Assembly: GCA_011523545.1 (NCBI GenBank)
Contig: WTGN01000013.1
Span: 80,877 to 144,876 of the forward strand
DNA: 64,000 bases
Origin: Chloroflexota bacterium
GTDB lineage: Bacteria; Chloroflexota; Anaerolineae; Aggregatilineales; Phototrophicaceae
Reading direction: 5' to 3'
Below the pieces are notes generated by a model. The model worked only from the letters and a program-made list of their open reading frames with translations, had not been told where the DNA came from and made no database searches. Made by a program: the position numbers and the translations under genes. Shown here in pieces: positions 30,416 through 39,234 of the stretch. The stretch's first letter is position 1. The number at the start of each line of letters is the position of its first letter.

Positions 30416-31816
30416 ATGACGGATTATCGCATCGAGACGGATTCGCTGGGCGAGGTGCGGGTGCCCAAAGGGGCGCTCTATGCGGCTCAGACGCAGCGCG
30501 CGCGGGAGAACTTCCCAATAACGGGCATGAAGCCGCTGCCGGCCTTCATCTGGAGCATCGCGCTGATCAAGCGAGCCGCAGCTGAAGTCAACATGGAGCT
30601 CGGGCTGCTCGATGAGCGGCTGGCCGCTGCCATCATCGAAGCCGGCGACGAAATCCTGGCGGGGCGGCATCATGAGCACTTCGTCGTCGATCCCTTTCAG
30701 GCGGGCGCAGGCACCAGCCATAACATGAACGCCAATGAGGTGATGGCGAATCGGGCCAATCAGATCCTCGGCTTTGATATCGAGGCGGGCGACAAGCCGG
30801 TCCATCCCAATGATCATGTGAACATGGCGCAATCGACCAATGACACCATTCCCACCGCGATTCGGCTGGGCGTCTTGTGGCGGCTGGATGAGCTGCTGGC
30901 GACGCTGGCGCGCTTCGTCGAGGTCACGCGGGGCAAGGCGGCCGAATGGGACGATGTGGTCAAGACGGGGCGGACGCACTTGCAGGACGCAGTGCCGATC
31001 CGGCTGGGGCAGGAGGTGGGCGCCTGGGCGACGGCGATTGAGCGGGGCGGCGCCAAGGTTAGCTACGCGGCCGAGGGGCTGCGGCGGCTGGGCATCGGCG
31101 GCACGGCGGCCGGCACCGGCTTGAACGCGCATCCCGACTATCACGGGCGCATGGTGGCCAAGCTGTCGGCGCTGACGGGCATCACCCTGCACCAAAGCGA
31201 TGACCTCTTCGAGTCGATGCAATCGATGGGCGACGCGGTCTTCTTCTCGGCGGCGCTGCGCAACCTGGCGATGGATTTCACGCGGATCGCCAACGACCTG
31301 CGCTTGCTCTCGGCGGGGCCAACCACCGGCATCGCCGAGTTGACCTGTCCCACGGTGCAGCCGGGCTCGTCAATCATGCCGGGCAAGGTGAATCCGGTGC
31401 TGGCCGAGATGCTGAACATGGCGATGTACCATGTGATCGGCAATGACACGACGGTGAACCTCTGCGGCGCGGCCGGGCAATTCGAACTGAATGTGATGAT
31501 GCCCGCCATCGCCCATAACCTGAACGAGATGATGACGGTGATGATCGGGGCGGTCGGCGCCTTCACGGAGAAGCTGATGGCGGGGCTGGCGGTCAATCGC
31601 GAGCGGACGGCGAGCTGGCTGGCGCGGAATCCGATTTTGGTAACGGCGCTGAATCCCATCATCGGCTACAACAACGGCGCGAAAGTGGCGAAGCAGGCGC
31701 TGGCGGAAGGCAAGAGCGTGCGCGAGGTCGTGCTGGAGCTGGGCTTGATGGAAGCGGCGGAGCTGGATGCGGCGCTGGATGCTCACGCGATGACGGAGGG
31801 GGGCTTGCGCGGGTAG
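30416..31816 (+). CDS. aspA: class-II fumarase/aspartase family lyase; residues favour aspartate ammonia-lyase
   Basis: GSSIMPGKVNPV SS-loop, plus QAGAGTSHNMNANEV and HPNDHVNMAQSTND, which resemble AspA more than FumC. The N-terminal AQTQRA is FumC-like, so the assignment is uncertain. Confidence 0.6.
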   Translation: MTDYRIETDSLGEVRVPKGALYAAQTQRARENFPITGMKPLPAFIWSIALIKRAAAEVNMELGLLDERLAAAIIEAGDEILAGRHHEHFVVDPFQAGAGTSHNMNANEVMANRANQILGFDIEAGDKPVHPNDHVNMAQSTNDTIPTAIRLGVLWRLDELLATLARFVEVTRGKAAEWDDVVKTGRTHLQDAVPIRLGQEVGAWATAIERGGAKVSYAAEGLRRLGIGGTAAGTGLNAHPDYHGRMVAKLSALTGITLHQSDDLFESMQSMGDAVFFSAALRNLAMDFTRIANDLRLLSAGPTTGIAELTCPTVQPGSSIMPGKVNPVLAEMLNMAMYHVIGNDTTVNLCGAAGQFELNVMMPAIAHNLNEMMTVMIGAVGAFTEKLMAGLAVNRERTASWLARNPILVTALNPIIGYNNGAKVAKQALAEGKSVREVVLELGLMEAAELDAALDAHAMTEGGLRG

Positions 31817-32014
31817 TGGGTTTGGATTGGGCTGGATGGGGTGAGTGGATGGTCGCGGATAAATGACCACCAAGTACACCGAGCACGCCGAATAGCGCTC
31901 GCTGAGATTAACTTGCGCGAAGCTAACCGGACGTCGAATTTAAGCGCTATACGGGCCGCCTGGCCCGGAGCGGCGAAGCAGGGCGCTGCCAGCAGTTACG
32001 GTGACGACTTAATT

Positions 32015-32070
32015 GGGGCGCTACCGAAACCGGCCAGAATTGACGACCAGTTATGTGTAGCGCCCCCTAC
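32015..32070 (-). repeat. family B-like long-loop hairpin (GTAGGGGGCGCTAC ... GTAGCGCCCC on the minus strand)
   Basis: A 9-10 bp stem GGGGCGCTA/TAGCGCCCC with a ~36-nt loop and a CCCTAC tail, between the convergent aspA-like gene and amt. Confidence 0.5.
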
Positions 32071-32077
32071 CCACAAT

Positions 32078-33301
32078 TCAACTGCCAAACATATACGCCG
32101 TCTCCCCATGCTCCGCCGCATCCAATCCCAAGGCCTCCTCCTCCGGCGTGGGACGCAGGCCAATCGCAACTTCAATCACGCGGAAGATCACCCAGGTAGC
32201 CACAAAGGCGAAGATCCAGACGATGACCGTGCTGACGACCTGCGCCAGGAAGAACTCGCTGTTGCCGCTGAGGAGCCCTCCACCCAAAAGCGTAGTTGAA
32301 GCGAAGATACCAAGGGCGACGCTGCCCCAAGTGCCGGCCATGCCATGGATTGCCCAGACATCCAGCGCGTCATCAACCATGCCTTTGATTCGGCTCTCAG
32401 CGGCCAGGTAAGACACGACCGATGAGCCGATGCCGATGATCAGGGCCGGCATGGGCTCGACATAGCCCGCGGCTGGCGTCACGCCGACCAGGCCCGCGAT
32501 CGCGCCCGATGCCGCGCCCAGCACGCTCGGTTTCTTGTGCAGATACCAGGTCAGCAGCAGCCAGGTCAAAGCGCCGGCGGCCGCGGCCACGTTGGTGTTG
32601 ACCAGGGCGATCACGGCGACGCCGTCGGCTGCCAGAGCGCTGCCGCCATTGAAGCCGAACCAGCCGAACCAGAGAAAGCCCGTGCCCAGCAGCACGATCA
32701 TGAGGCTGTGCGGCTGCAGGGCCGTCTCGCCATCCTGCATCTGCCGCCGGCCGAGAATGCGCGCCGCCGCCAGCGCCGCCACGCCAGAGGCCATGTGCAC
32801 GGCGAAACCGCCCGCGAAATCACTCGCGCCCAGCTCCGTATGCAGCCAGCCGCCGCCCCAGACCCAATGCGCAATTGGGCAATAGACGAAGGTGACCCAG
32901 AGCACGACAAAAGCGCCGAACGCGCGGAATTTCACCCGCTCGGCGATGGCGCCGGCCAGCAGCGCCGGCGTGATCACGGCGAACATGCCCTGAAAGAGCA
33001 TGAATAGCAACTCGGGAATATCCTGGCCTTCGCGCGGCTCCAGCCCGACGCCGTTGAGGGCGATGTGGTCAAGGTTGCCGATGATGCCGCCGACGCTGGG
33101 CCCGAAGGCGAGGGAATAACCCCAGAGTACCCAGACGACGAGCACGATGCCGAGACAGGTGAAACTGTGCATGGCGGTCGCCAGGGCATTTTTGCCGCGC
33201 ACCAATCCGCTATAAAAGAGGCTGAGGCCAGGCAGCATGACCATCACCAAAGCGGTGGAGGCCATCACCCAAGCCACACTTGACATATTCATCGCGTCCA
33301 C
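32078..33301 (-). CDS. amt: ammonium transporter (Amt family)
   Basis: Eleven TM helices with motifs FAGGFAVHMASG and VWAIHGMAGTWG. No glnK/glnB is adjacent. Confidence 0.93.
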   Translation of the reverse strand: MDAMNMSSVAWVMASTALVMVMLPGLSLFYSGLVRGKNALATAMHSFTCLGIVLVVWVLWGYSLAFGPSVGGIIGNLDHIALNGVGLEPREGQDIPELLFMLFQGMFAVITPALLAGAIAERVKFRAFGAFVVLWVTFVYCPIAHWVWGGGWLHTELGASDFAGGFAVHMASGVAALAAARILGRRQMQDGETALQPHSLMIVLLGTGFLWFGWFGFNGGSALAADGVAVIALVNTNVAAAAGALTWLLLTWYLHKKPSVLGAASGAIAGLVGVTPAAGYVEPMPALIIGIGSSVVSYLAAESRIKGMVDDALDVWAIHGMAGTWGSVALGIFASTTLLGGGLLSGNSEFFLAQVVSTVIVWIFAFVATWVIFRVIEVAIGLRPTPEEEALGLDAAEHGETAYMFGS

Positions 33302-33591
33302 AAGCGTTGCTCCATTTTCTTGTCCATACAGGTATTAATCGGCTTGGCCATTGCTAATGTGAATGCATGCCAATCGCAGTAAGATTCGAGGCAGCCGTAA
33401 ACTCGCCGTCATCGCAATTCGCCGTCTCCTGCAATACGCGCTAGAATCAGGGAATCCATGCCGCTGAGGATGCTCGCTGTCCTCAGGTTTGTGGTCCACA
33501 CAGCGACGGGAGGTGACGAACAGTCGCGATTCTAGTGCATTGGCGGTTCCAGATTTATGTCAATTTGAGACAAAAAACGAGGGAGACTCTC

Positions 33592-34875
33592 ATGAAGAAA
33601 GCACTACTGTTGGTATTGATCGTAATATTGCTCCTGCCTGCCGGCGCGCTGGCGCAGGACATGCCCCATGCCGGCGCCGAAGTTGTGACCAACTTCATGC
33701 AGTCGGGCACCTACGACATCGGCGCTGAGCAGCTGGAACCGGGCTTCGAGGAAGCGACCGGCATTGAGCTCGAGATCGTGGCTTCGCCCTTTGTCGTCTT
33801 GGTGCAGAATAACATCACCGACCTGAGCACGGGCACGGGCGAGTTTGACGTCATCTCAGGCGACTTCTGGATCGGCAGCGTTTGGAACCACATGCAGCCG
33901 CTGGACGACTTGATCGAGCGCGATATGTGGGGCGGCTCATTCATCGAGGGCTTGATGAAGCAGGGACCCTCCGCCTTCTTTGATGGCAAGCGGATTGGCA
34001 TCCCCTACAGCGCCGATGCCTATGGGCTGATCTATCGCACCGATATCTTCGAGGAAGCCGGCATATCAGCCGATTGGGAGACTTGGGACGAGTTCTTCGA
34101 AGCTTTGGACGCGCTGGAAATGCACCTGGAAGGCAGCGATATCGCGCCAAACGTCTTCGCCTTTGGCGCCTACGAACAAACGCCGGCGATTTTCCTGGGC
34201 ATGTATGATGGCTATCTGGTGGATGCCGAGGGCAATTACGCCCTGGACCACGACAAGGCGGTCGCCGCGTTGAATCAGATGAAGAGCCTGCTGGATTACA
34301 ATCCCGAGGGCGCGACCAGCTTGAGCATTGATGAAGCCAATTCGGTCTTCCTCACCGGCAAAGCGGCGACGATGATTTGCTGGGTCAGCTTTGTGCGGGC
34401 GGCCGCGCAGGATCCGGATGCGTCGCTGGTGGTCGATAATTGGGCGACAGCGCCCTTCCCGGGCCCCGGCTTCCCCTTCCTCTCGGCCTGGAATCTCTTC
34501 ATATCCGGCTTCAGCGAGAACCCGGACGCGGCTTGGGAATGGATAAAGTATTACATCACCGAGGAAGAAGCGAAGCGCCGCTTCGTCGAGCTTGGCGTCG
34601 GCTCGCCATTTTTGAGCACCTATGAAGATGCCGAGCTGATCGAAAAGTACAGCCACGACTTCCCGAACATGGTTGCCAACTTGAACCGCGCGGAATCGGT
34701 GCCCTGGATCTTCGCCGCCTTCGAGATCTTCTTCCGCCACATGGGCGAATTCGTCATCGGTGCGGTGGATGTCGAAACCATGCTGGAGAATACGCTGGCT
34801 GACTGGTCGGAATTGGAAGTGCCGGAAGGCCTGCTGCAATCGGCCGCCGCTCAAGGGCAGATGCAAGAGGGCTAG
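33592..34875 (+). CDS. ABC transporter substrate-binding protein (family 1, carbohydrate type)
   Basis: The ATG at 33592 follows GAGGGA and is followed by a signal peptide (MKKALLLVLIVILLLPAGALA). Confidence 0.85.
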   Translation: MKKALLLVLIVILLLPAGALAQDMPHAGAEVVTNFMQSGTYDIGAEQLEPGFEEATGIELEIVASPFVVLVQNNITDLSTGTGEFDVISGDFWIGSVWNHMQPLDDLIERDMWGGSFIEGLMKQGPSAFFDGKRIGIPYSADAYGLIYRTDIFEEAGISADWETWDEFFEALDALEMHLEGSDIAPNVFAFGAYEQTPAIFLGMYDGYLVDAEGNYALDHDKAVAALNQMKSLLDYNPEGATSLSIDEANSVFLTGKAATMICWVSFVRAAAQDPDASLVVDNWATAPFPGPGFPFLSAWNLFISGFSENPDAAWEWIKYYITEEEAKRRFVELGVGSPFLSTYEDAELIEKYSHDFPNMVANLNRAESVPWIFAAFEIFFRHMGEFVIGAVDVETMLENTLADWSELEVPEGLLQSAAAQGQMQEG

Positions 34876-34977
34876 CGCCCGGCGCGTCTTGCAGGGGCGG
34901 CTCTCATTAGCGCAAACTGTAGACACACGCGCTGCACAGCAACGGCTCACGCAGAATAACTTGTAACCCGCTATGTT

Positions 34978-35025
34978 AAGCTCCCCCTCCCTGACTCGTC
35001 GGGGAGGGGGCCGGGGGGTGGGGTT
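34978..35025 (+). repeat. G-rich hairpin repeat, family A copy 3
   Basis: AAGCTCCCCCTCCCTGACTCGTCGGGGAGGGGGCCGGGGGGTGGGGTT, located between the SBP and the first permease. Confidence 0.7.
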
Positions 35026-35049
35026 GAACGACATCCGGATTGCGGATTG

Positions 35050-35967
35050 ATGGCTTCGTCTGTCGCGACCAAATCAAGCAGTTCGACGTCCAATTGGCAT
35101 CGCCGGCATGATCTGCCCTGGCTGGTCGCCTTTGTGATTCCGGCTTTCTTGATTGTGGTGGCGGTGCAATTCTACCCGCTCGCCTATTCGGCCTATCTGT
35201 CCGTTCAGGATTGGGTCCTGACCGAATCGCAGACGCCGAAAGGATTCGTCGGCTTGCAAAATTTTGCCGCCGAGCTGGCCGACGATACTTTCAGGCGCTC
35301 GGTTCGCAACAGCGTCTACATCACGGGCGGCGCGCTGGCGCTGCAAATGACGTTGGGAATCTGCCTGGCTTATTTGACCATGGGCTCCAGTTGGCGCATG
35401 CGCGCGATCCGCACGCTGCTCATATTGCCGATGGTGATCGCGCCGGTGGCCGCCGGCACGCTCTGGCGCATCCTGCTCAATTCCCGCGCTGGGCTGGTCA
35501 ACCACCTGCTGAGTTTGATCGGCGTCAAGGGGCCGGAATGGCTGGCGTCTCCAGATTGGGCGATTGTATCGGTTGTGCTGCTGGATACCTGGCAATGGAC
35601 GCCCTTCGTGCTTCTGGTCGTCAGCGCGGCCATCGCAAGCGTGCCCAGCGATTTGCTGGAGGTGGCGGCCATTGACGGCGCTTCTCGCTGGAAGACCTTT
35701 CTATATGTTGAGTTGCCGCTGCTGATGCCACTCTTGCTGCTGACCCTGGTTTTCCGCATGCTGGAATCGCTGCTGTCCCTGGATTCCATTTATTCGCTGA
35801 CCTTCGGCGGGCCCGGATACAGCACATACACCTTAACCTATTACATTTACACGCTGGGTCTGCGCAGCTTTAACTTTGGCGCGGCGGCCGCGTCATCCTG
35901 GCTCTTTATGATCTTTGCCAGTGTCTCAATCGGCGTGGTCTTCTGGTTTCAGCGGCGGGAATGGTGA
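35050..35967 (+). CDS. sugar ABC transporter permease (MalF/UgpA-like)
   Basis: Six TM helices and an EAA-type loop (LEVAAIDGASRWKTFLYVELP). Confidence 0.85.
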   Translation: MASSVATKSSSSTSNWHRRHDLPWLVAFVIPAFLIVVAVQFYPLAYSAYLSVQDWVLTESQTPKGFVGLQNFAAELADDTFRRSVRNSVYITGGALALQMTLGICLAYLTMGSSWRMRAIRTLLILPMVIAPVAAGTLWRILLNSRAGLVNHLLSLIGVKGPEWLASPDWAIVSVVLLDTWQWTPFVLLVVSAAIASVPSDLLEVAAIDGASRWKTFLYVELPLLMPLLLLTLVFRMLESLLSLDSIYSLTFGGPGYSTYTLTYYIYTLGLRSFNFGAAAASSWLFMIFASVSIGVVFWFQRREW

Positions 35968-36953
35968 TGAAAATTCAGGGTCTTGGCATTGACATACCAG
36001 ACAAGCAGGTTGATGGGCGCCGCCAGGTTTTGATTGACACGCTGACGCAAGCGCGGGCGACCGGCTTTTCGCTGGCGGAGCTGTCGATTCCCAGCCTGAA
36101 CGTCATCATGAACGGCGAGCTCCGGCCTCAGCGCCTGGAAGCAATCGTGGCAATAACCTCAGGCTTTGACCTGCGATATTCGGTGCACGCGCCGGGGCGG
36201 ACCAATCTGGCATTCGGCCGCGATCCCGGGCTGGAGTATCGCGTAATGGAAGCCTGCTTGCGGCTGACGGGGGCGGTTGGCGCGCGGGTACTGGTATATC
36301 ACAGTGGTTTGCAAGCGCTGGATGCCGCTCGCAGCGGGACGGCGCCCTTGCCGAATGCGGATGAGCTGGCGCGCGGGGCTGAGCGCGAAGTGGCGGCGCT
36401 GCGCAAGCTGGCGCCCCTGGCAGCCGACTTGGGTGTGACCATTGGCATGGAAAACGGCGACCCGCATCTGTGGGAATACGCGGTATTGATGCGGGCGGGC
36501 AAGGGCCGGGAAGCGCTTGCCAGCTACCATGCGCGGATGCGGACGGCCGCCATCGTGGCGCAGGCGGAGGCGGTCAATCACCCCAACGTCGGCATCACGC
36601 TGGATTTGGGTCATTTGCATCTGGCGACCCATGCGCTGGGCGAAGATTATTTGGAGGCGGTGTCGACCGCGGCGCCCTGGGTCCGGCATCTGCATATCAA
36701 CGACAATTTCGGGCTGCTTGATAGCGGTTACGATGCTGAATCTGACCGCTTGATTTACGGCGAAGCGGACTTGCACCTGCCGCCAGGCTGGGCTTCAATC
36801 CCGTTCGCGGACGCCTTTGAGCGCTTGAACGACTATGAGGGCGATATCGTTCTGGAGATCAAAGCGCGCTATCGCGATCATCTGGGCGAGGCGCTGGCGA
36901 ATACGCGGCGGCTTCTGCTCGATAATGGACATGAACTCCATGAAGCGGTCTAG
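35967..36953 (+). CDS. sugar phosphate isomerase/epimerase (xylose-isomerase-like TIM barrel)
   Basis: TGATG overlap with the permease stop. It has a TIM-barrel metal-site pattern (HAP..., GMENG, DLGH, HINDN). Confidence 0.75.
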   Translation: MKIQGLGIDIPDKQVDGRRQVLIDTLTQARATGFSLAELSIPSLNVIMNGELRPQRLEAIVAITSGFDLRYSVHAPGRTNLAFGRDPGLEYRVMEACLRLTGAVGARVLVYHSGLQALDAARSGTAPLPNADELARGAEREVAALRKLAPLAADLGVTIGMENGDPHLWEYAVLMRAGKGREALASYHARMRTAAIVAQAEAVNHPNVGITLDLGHLHLATHALGEDYLEAVSTAAPWVRHLHINDNFGLLDSGYDAESDRLIYGEADLHLPPGWASIPFADAFERLNDYEGDIVLEIKARYRDHLGEALANTRRLLLDNGHELHEAV

Positions 36954-37788
36954 GTCTCCGAGACAGAATCTGCTCGCCTTCGCGCATGGATTTGTGCTCT
37001 TGCTCGCTTGCCTCGTGGTGATTGTGCCGTTGGCCTATCTGGTCATCAACAGCCTGAAATTGCCGCGCGAATTCTTGACCGTGCCGCCAACGATCTTGCC
37101 GACTGAGGTCACGCTTGAGCATTATCGGGACCTGATCGAAGACAGCAAGACATCCCGTTACTTCAGGAACAGCTTGACCGTCACCTTGTGGACGACGGGG
37201 ATCACCATCGTCAGCGGCGCCCTGGCCGCTTACGGGCTGGCGCGCATGCGGCTCGCCGCCAGGGTATTGGCCGCGGTGACCTTCATATTTCTTTTCATCC
37301 GCTTTTATCCGCGCGTGACGACCGTCATTCCCTTCTTCCTGGTGATGCGCGAGCTTGACCTGTTGGACACGGTCTGGGCGATCATTATCGGCCAGCTGGG
37401 CATCACCATCCCCTTCGTCACCTGGTTGATGCTGGTGGTCTACCAGGATCTCCCGCCTGAGATCGAAGAGGCCGCGATTGTGGACGGCGCCAGTGTATGG
37501 CAGCGATTTTGGCGCGTGGTCTTGCCGATTGTGATGCCCAGCGTATCGGCCGCCGCCATATTGACCGCATTCCTGTCCTGGAATGAATTCCTGATCGCTT
37601 CGAGCGTGGCGCGGCGCAAGGCCAGCGTGCTGTCGATAGCGGTCGCGGGCTTCGTCAGCGACAAAGGCATTCAATGGGGACCGATGGCGGCGATGAGCGT
37701 GGTGATGATACTGCCGATGATCATCTTCGCTTTGTTCGCGCAGAAGTATCTGATTCGCGGCATCACCTTTGGCGCGGTTAAGGGATAG
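36925..37788 (+). CDS. sugar ABC transporter permease (MalG/UgpE-like)
   Basis: EAA loop (IEEAAIVDGASVWQRFWRVVLP). The ATG at 36925 overlaps the end of the isomerase by 29 nt. Confidence 0.85.
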   Translation: MDMNSMKRSRSPRQNLLAFAHGFVLLLACLVVIVPLAYLVINSLKLPREFLTVPPTILPTEVTLEHYRDLIEDSKTSRYFRNSLTVTLWTTGITIVSGALAAYGLARMRLAARVLAAVTFIFLFIRFYPRVTTVIPFFLVMRELDLLDTVWAIIIGQLGITIPFVTWLMLVVYQDLPPEIEEAAIVDGASVWQRFWRVVLPIVMPSVSAAAILTAFLSWNEFLIASSVARRKASVLSIAVAGFVSDKGIQWGPMAAMSVVMILPMIIFALFAQKYLIRGITFGAVKG

Positions 37789-37880
37789 CGCTGGCCGGTA
37801 ACTGCCCACCGTGACCGGATGCTATCGCCTTCCGCCCGGTTGAGCGCGATCTGCTGGCCGCGGCGGACGGCTGAAACCAA

Positions 37881-38453
37881 TCAAGCGCCGTGCGCCCGCT
37901 CGTAAGCCTGCCGCGCATAAGCGCCGAGGCGCTCGTCGATTTGCCCTGTGTCTTTTAGTTCAATCATGTGCGTAATGTTTGGCATGGCGCCCAAGCCGAC
38001 GCCTTTCCTTACAGTGTCGCCGAAGGGCTCATCGTCCAGGTCCAGGCCAATACGGATATTGGTCTTGTTGATTTTCGCGCAGCCGAAAACGCGCTCGTCC
38101 TCGAGCGAAACGTAAGTCTTAGTTGGTATGAAAAGAATACTGGGCAACTCTTCGTGCAGGTTGGCGGCAATCGCGTCATATAGCGGTCGCTGCTGCTCTT
38201 TACCTGCGAACAGCTTCTGAAAGAGCGTTGGATAATGAAAGACTGGTTCGCCATCGTTAAGGAATATGCCCGCAAGCATTGAGGCTTGCATGTGATTGAA
38301 TTCTTTCTCGCTCTTCAGCCACTTTACGATCTCGTTGTTCTTTTCCAATCGGGCCGCTTCCAGCGTTTGCATCCATTCTGCGAGATCTGCGCCAGTCACA
38401 TCTACAAGCGATTTGATAAAGGCTTGCTCAAGCTCGCGCGCTTCTTTTGCCAT
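37881..38453 (-). CDS. DUF4287/DUF5655-type protein
   Basis: The ATG at 38453 (MAKEARELEQ...) follows an A/G-rich tract. The N-terminal small helical domain and C-terminal KTYVSL...IRIGLDL pattern fit DUF5655-type proteins. From memory only. Confidence 0.6.
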   Translation of the reverse strand: MAKEARELEQAFIKSLVDVTGADLAEWMQTLEAARLEKNNEIVKWLKSEKEFNHMQASMLAGIFLNDGEPVFHYPTLFQKLFAGKEQQRPLYDAIAANLHEELPSILFIPTKTYVSLEDERVFGCAKINKTNIRIGLDLDDEPFGDTVRKGVGLGAMPNITHMIELKDTGQIDERLGAYARQAYERAHGA

Positions 38454-38658
38454 GCTTCGCTCCTTTACTTCGCGGGGGACAGGATTATTACACATCGCAA
38501 CGCGGCGCGCTACCTGAGACTTGCAGCGGCGCACCGGCATTCGCAGCGCCCGGACCATTGTCGCCTGCGCCATATCGAATTTCGTCATCGAGGATTATAA
38601 TTGTCGTCTGTTCATCAAGATTGGCGCGCTTGATTGGCCGCCAGCAAGGAGAGCTATC

Positions 38659-39234
38659 TTGGATAGAGAAACAGCTTACGACATCGTCTGCGAATTCGTG
38701 GGTTCCGAGTCGCTGCGCAAGCACATGCTGGCGGTGGAATTCGCCATGCGCGCTTACGCCGAGCACTACGGCGAAGACCCCGAGGCCTGGGGGCTGGTCG
38801 GCTTGCTGCATGATTTTGATTGGGAAGTACATCCGTCTCTGGAGCAGCACCCGATGGACGGGGCGCCGATCTTGCGCGAGCGCGGCCTGGGCGAAGAGGA
38901 CATCCGCACGATATTGAGCCACGGCCCGCTGGCGGCCGATGACCGCGTGACCCTGCGCGACAAGGCGCTCTACGCAGTCGATGAATTAACCGGCTTGATC
39001 ACGGCGGTGGCGCTGGTGCGGCCGAGCAAGGACATACGCGATGTAAAGGCGCGCAGCATCCGCAAGAAATGGAAGGACAAAGCCTTTGCCGCCGGCGTCA
39101 ACCGCCAGGATGTGATCGATGGCTGTGAAACATTGGGCGTGGATGTCTGGGACTTCCATATACCGCTGGTCTTGAAGGCGATGCAAGACCACGCCGCCGA
39201 ACTCGGGCTCGACGGCGTGGGGGCGGGGCGCTAG
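38659..39234 (+). CDS. HD-domain phosphohydrolase
   Basis: The TTG at 38659 follows AAGGAGAG. H...LLHD metal motif (KHMLAVE, GLLHDFDWE). Confidence 0.7.
   Translation: MDRETAYDIVCEFVGSESLRKHMLAVEFAMRAYAEHYGEDPEAWGLVGLLHDFDWEVHPSLEQHPMDGAPILRERGLGEEDIRTILSHGPLAADDRVTLRDKALYAVDELTGLITAVALVRPSKDIRDVKARSIRKKWKDKAFAAGVNRQDVIDGCETLGVDVWDFHIPLVLKAMQDHAAELGLDGVGAGR

Noticed and set aside
37881-38453. The DUF4287/DUF5655 gene looked AT-richer than its neighbours, hinting at horizontal acquisition.
   Set aside because: This was judged by eye only. No flanking repeats, tRNA or integrase are present, and I cannot compute GC or codon statistics reliably here.
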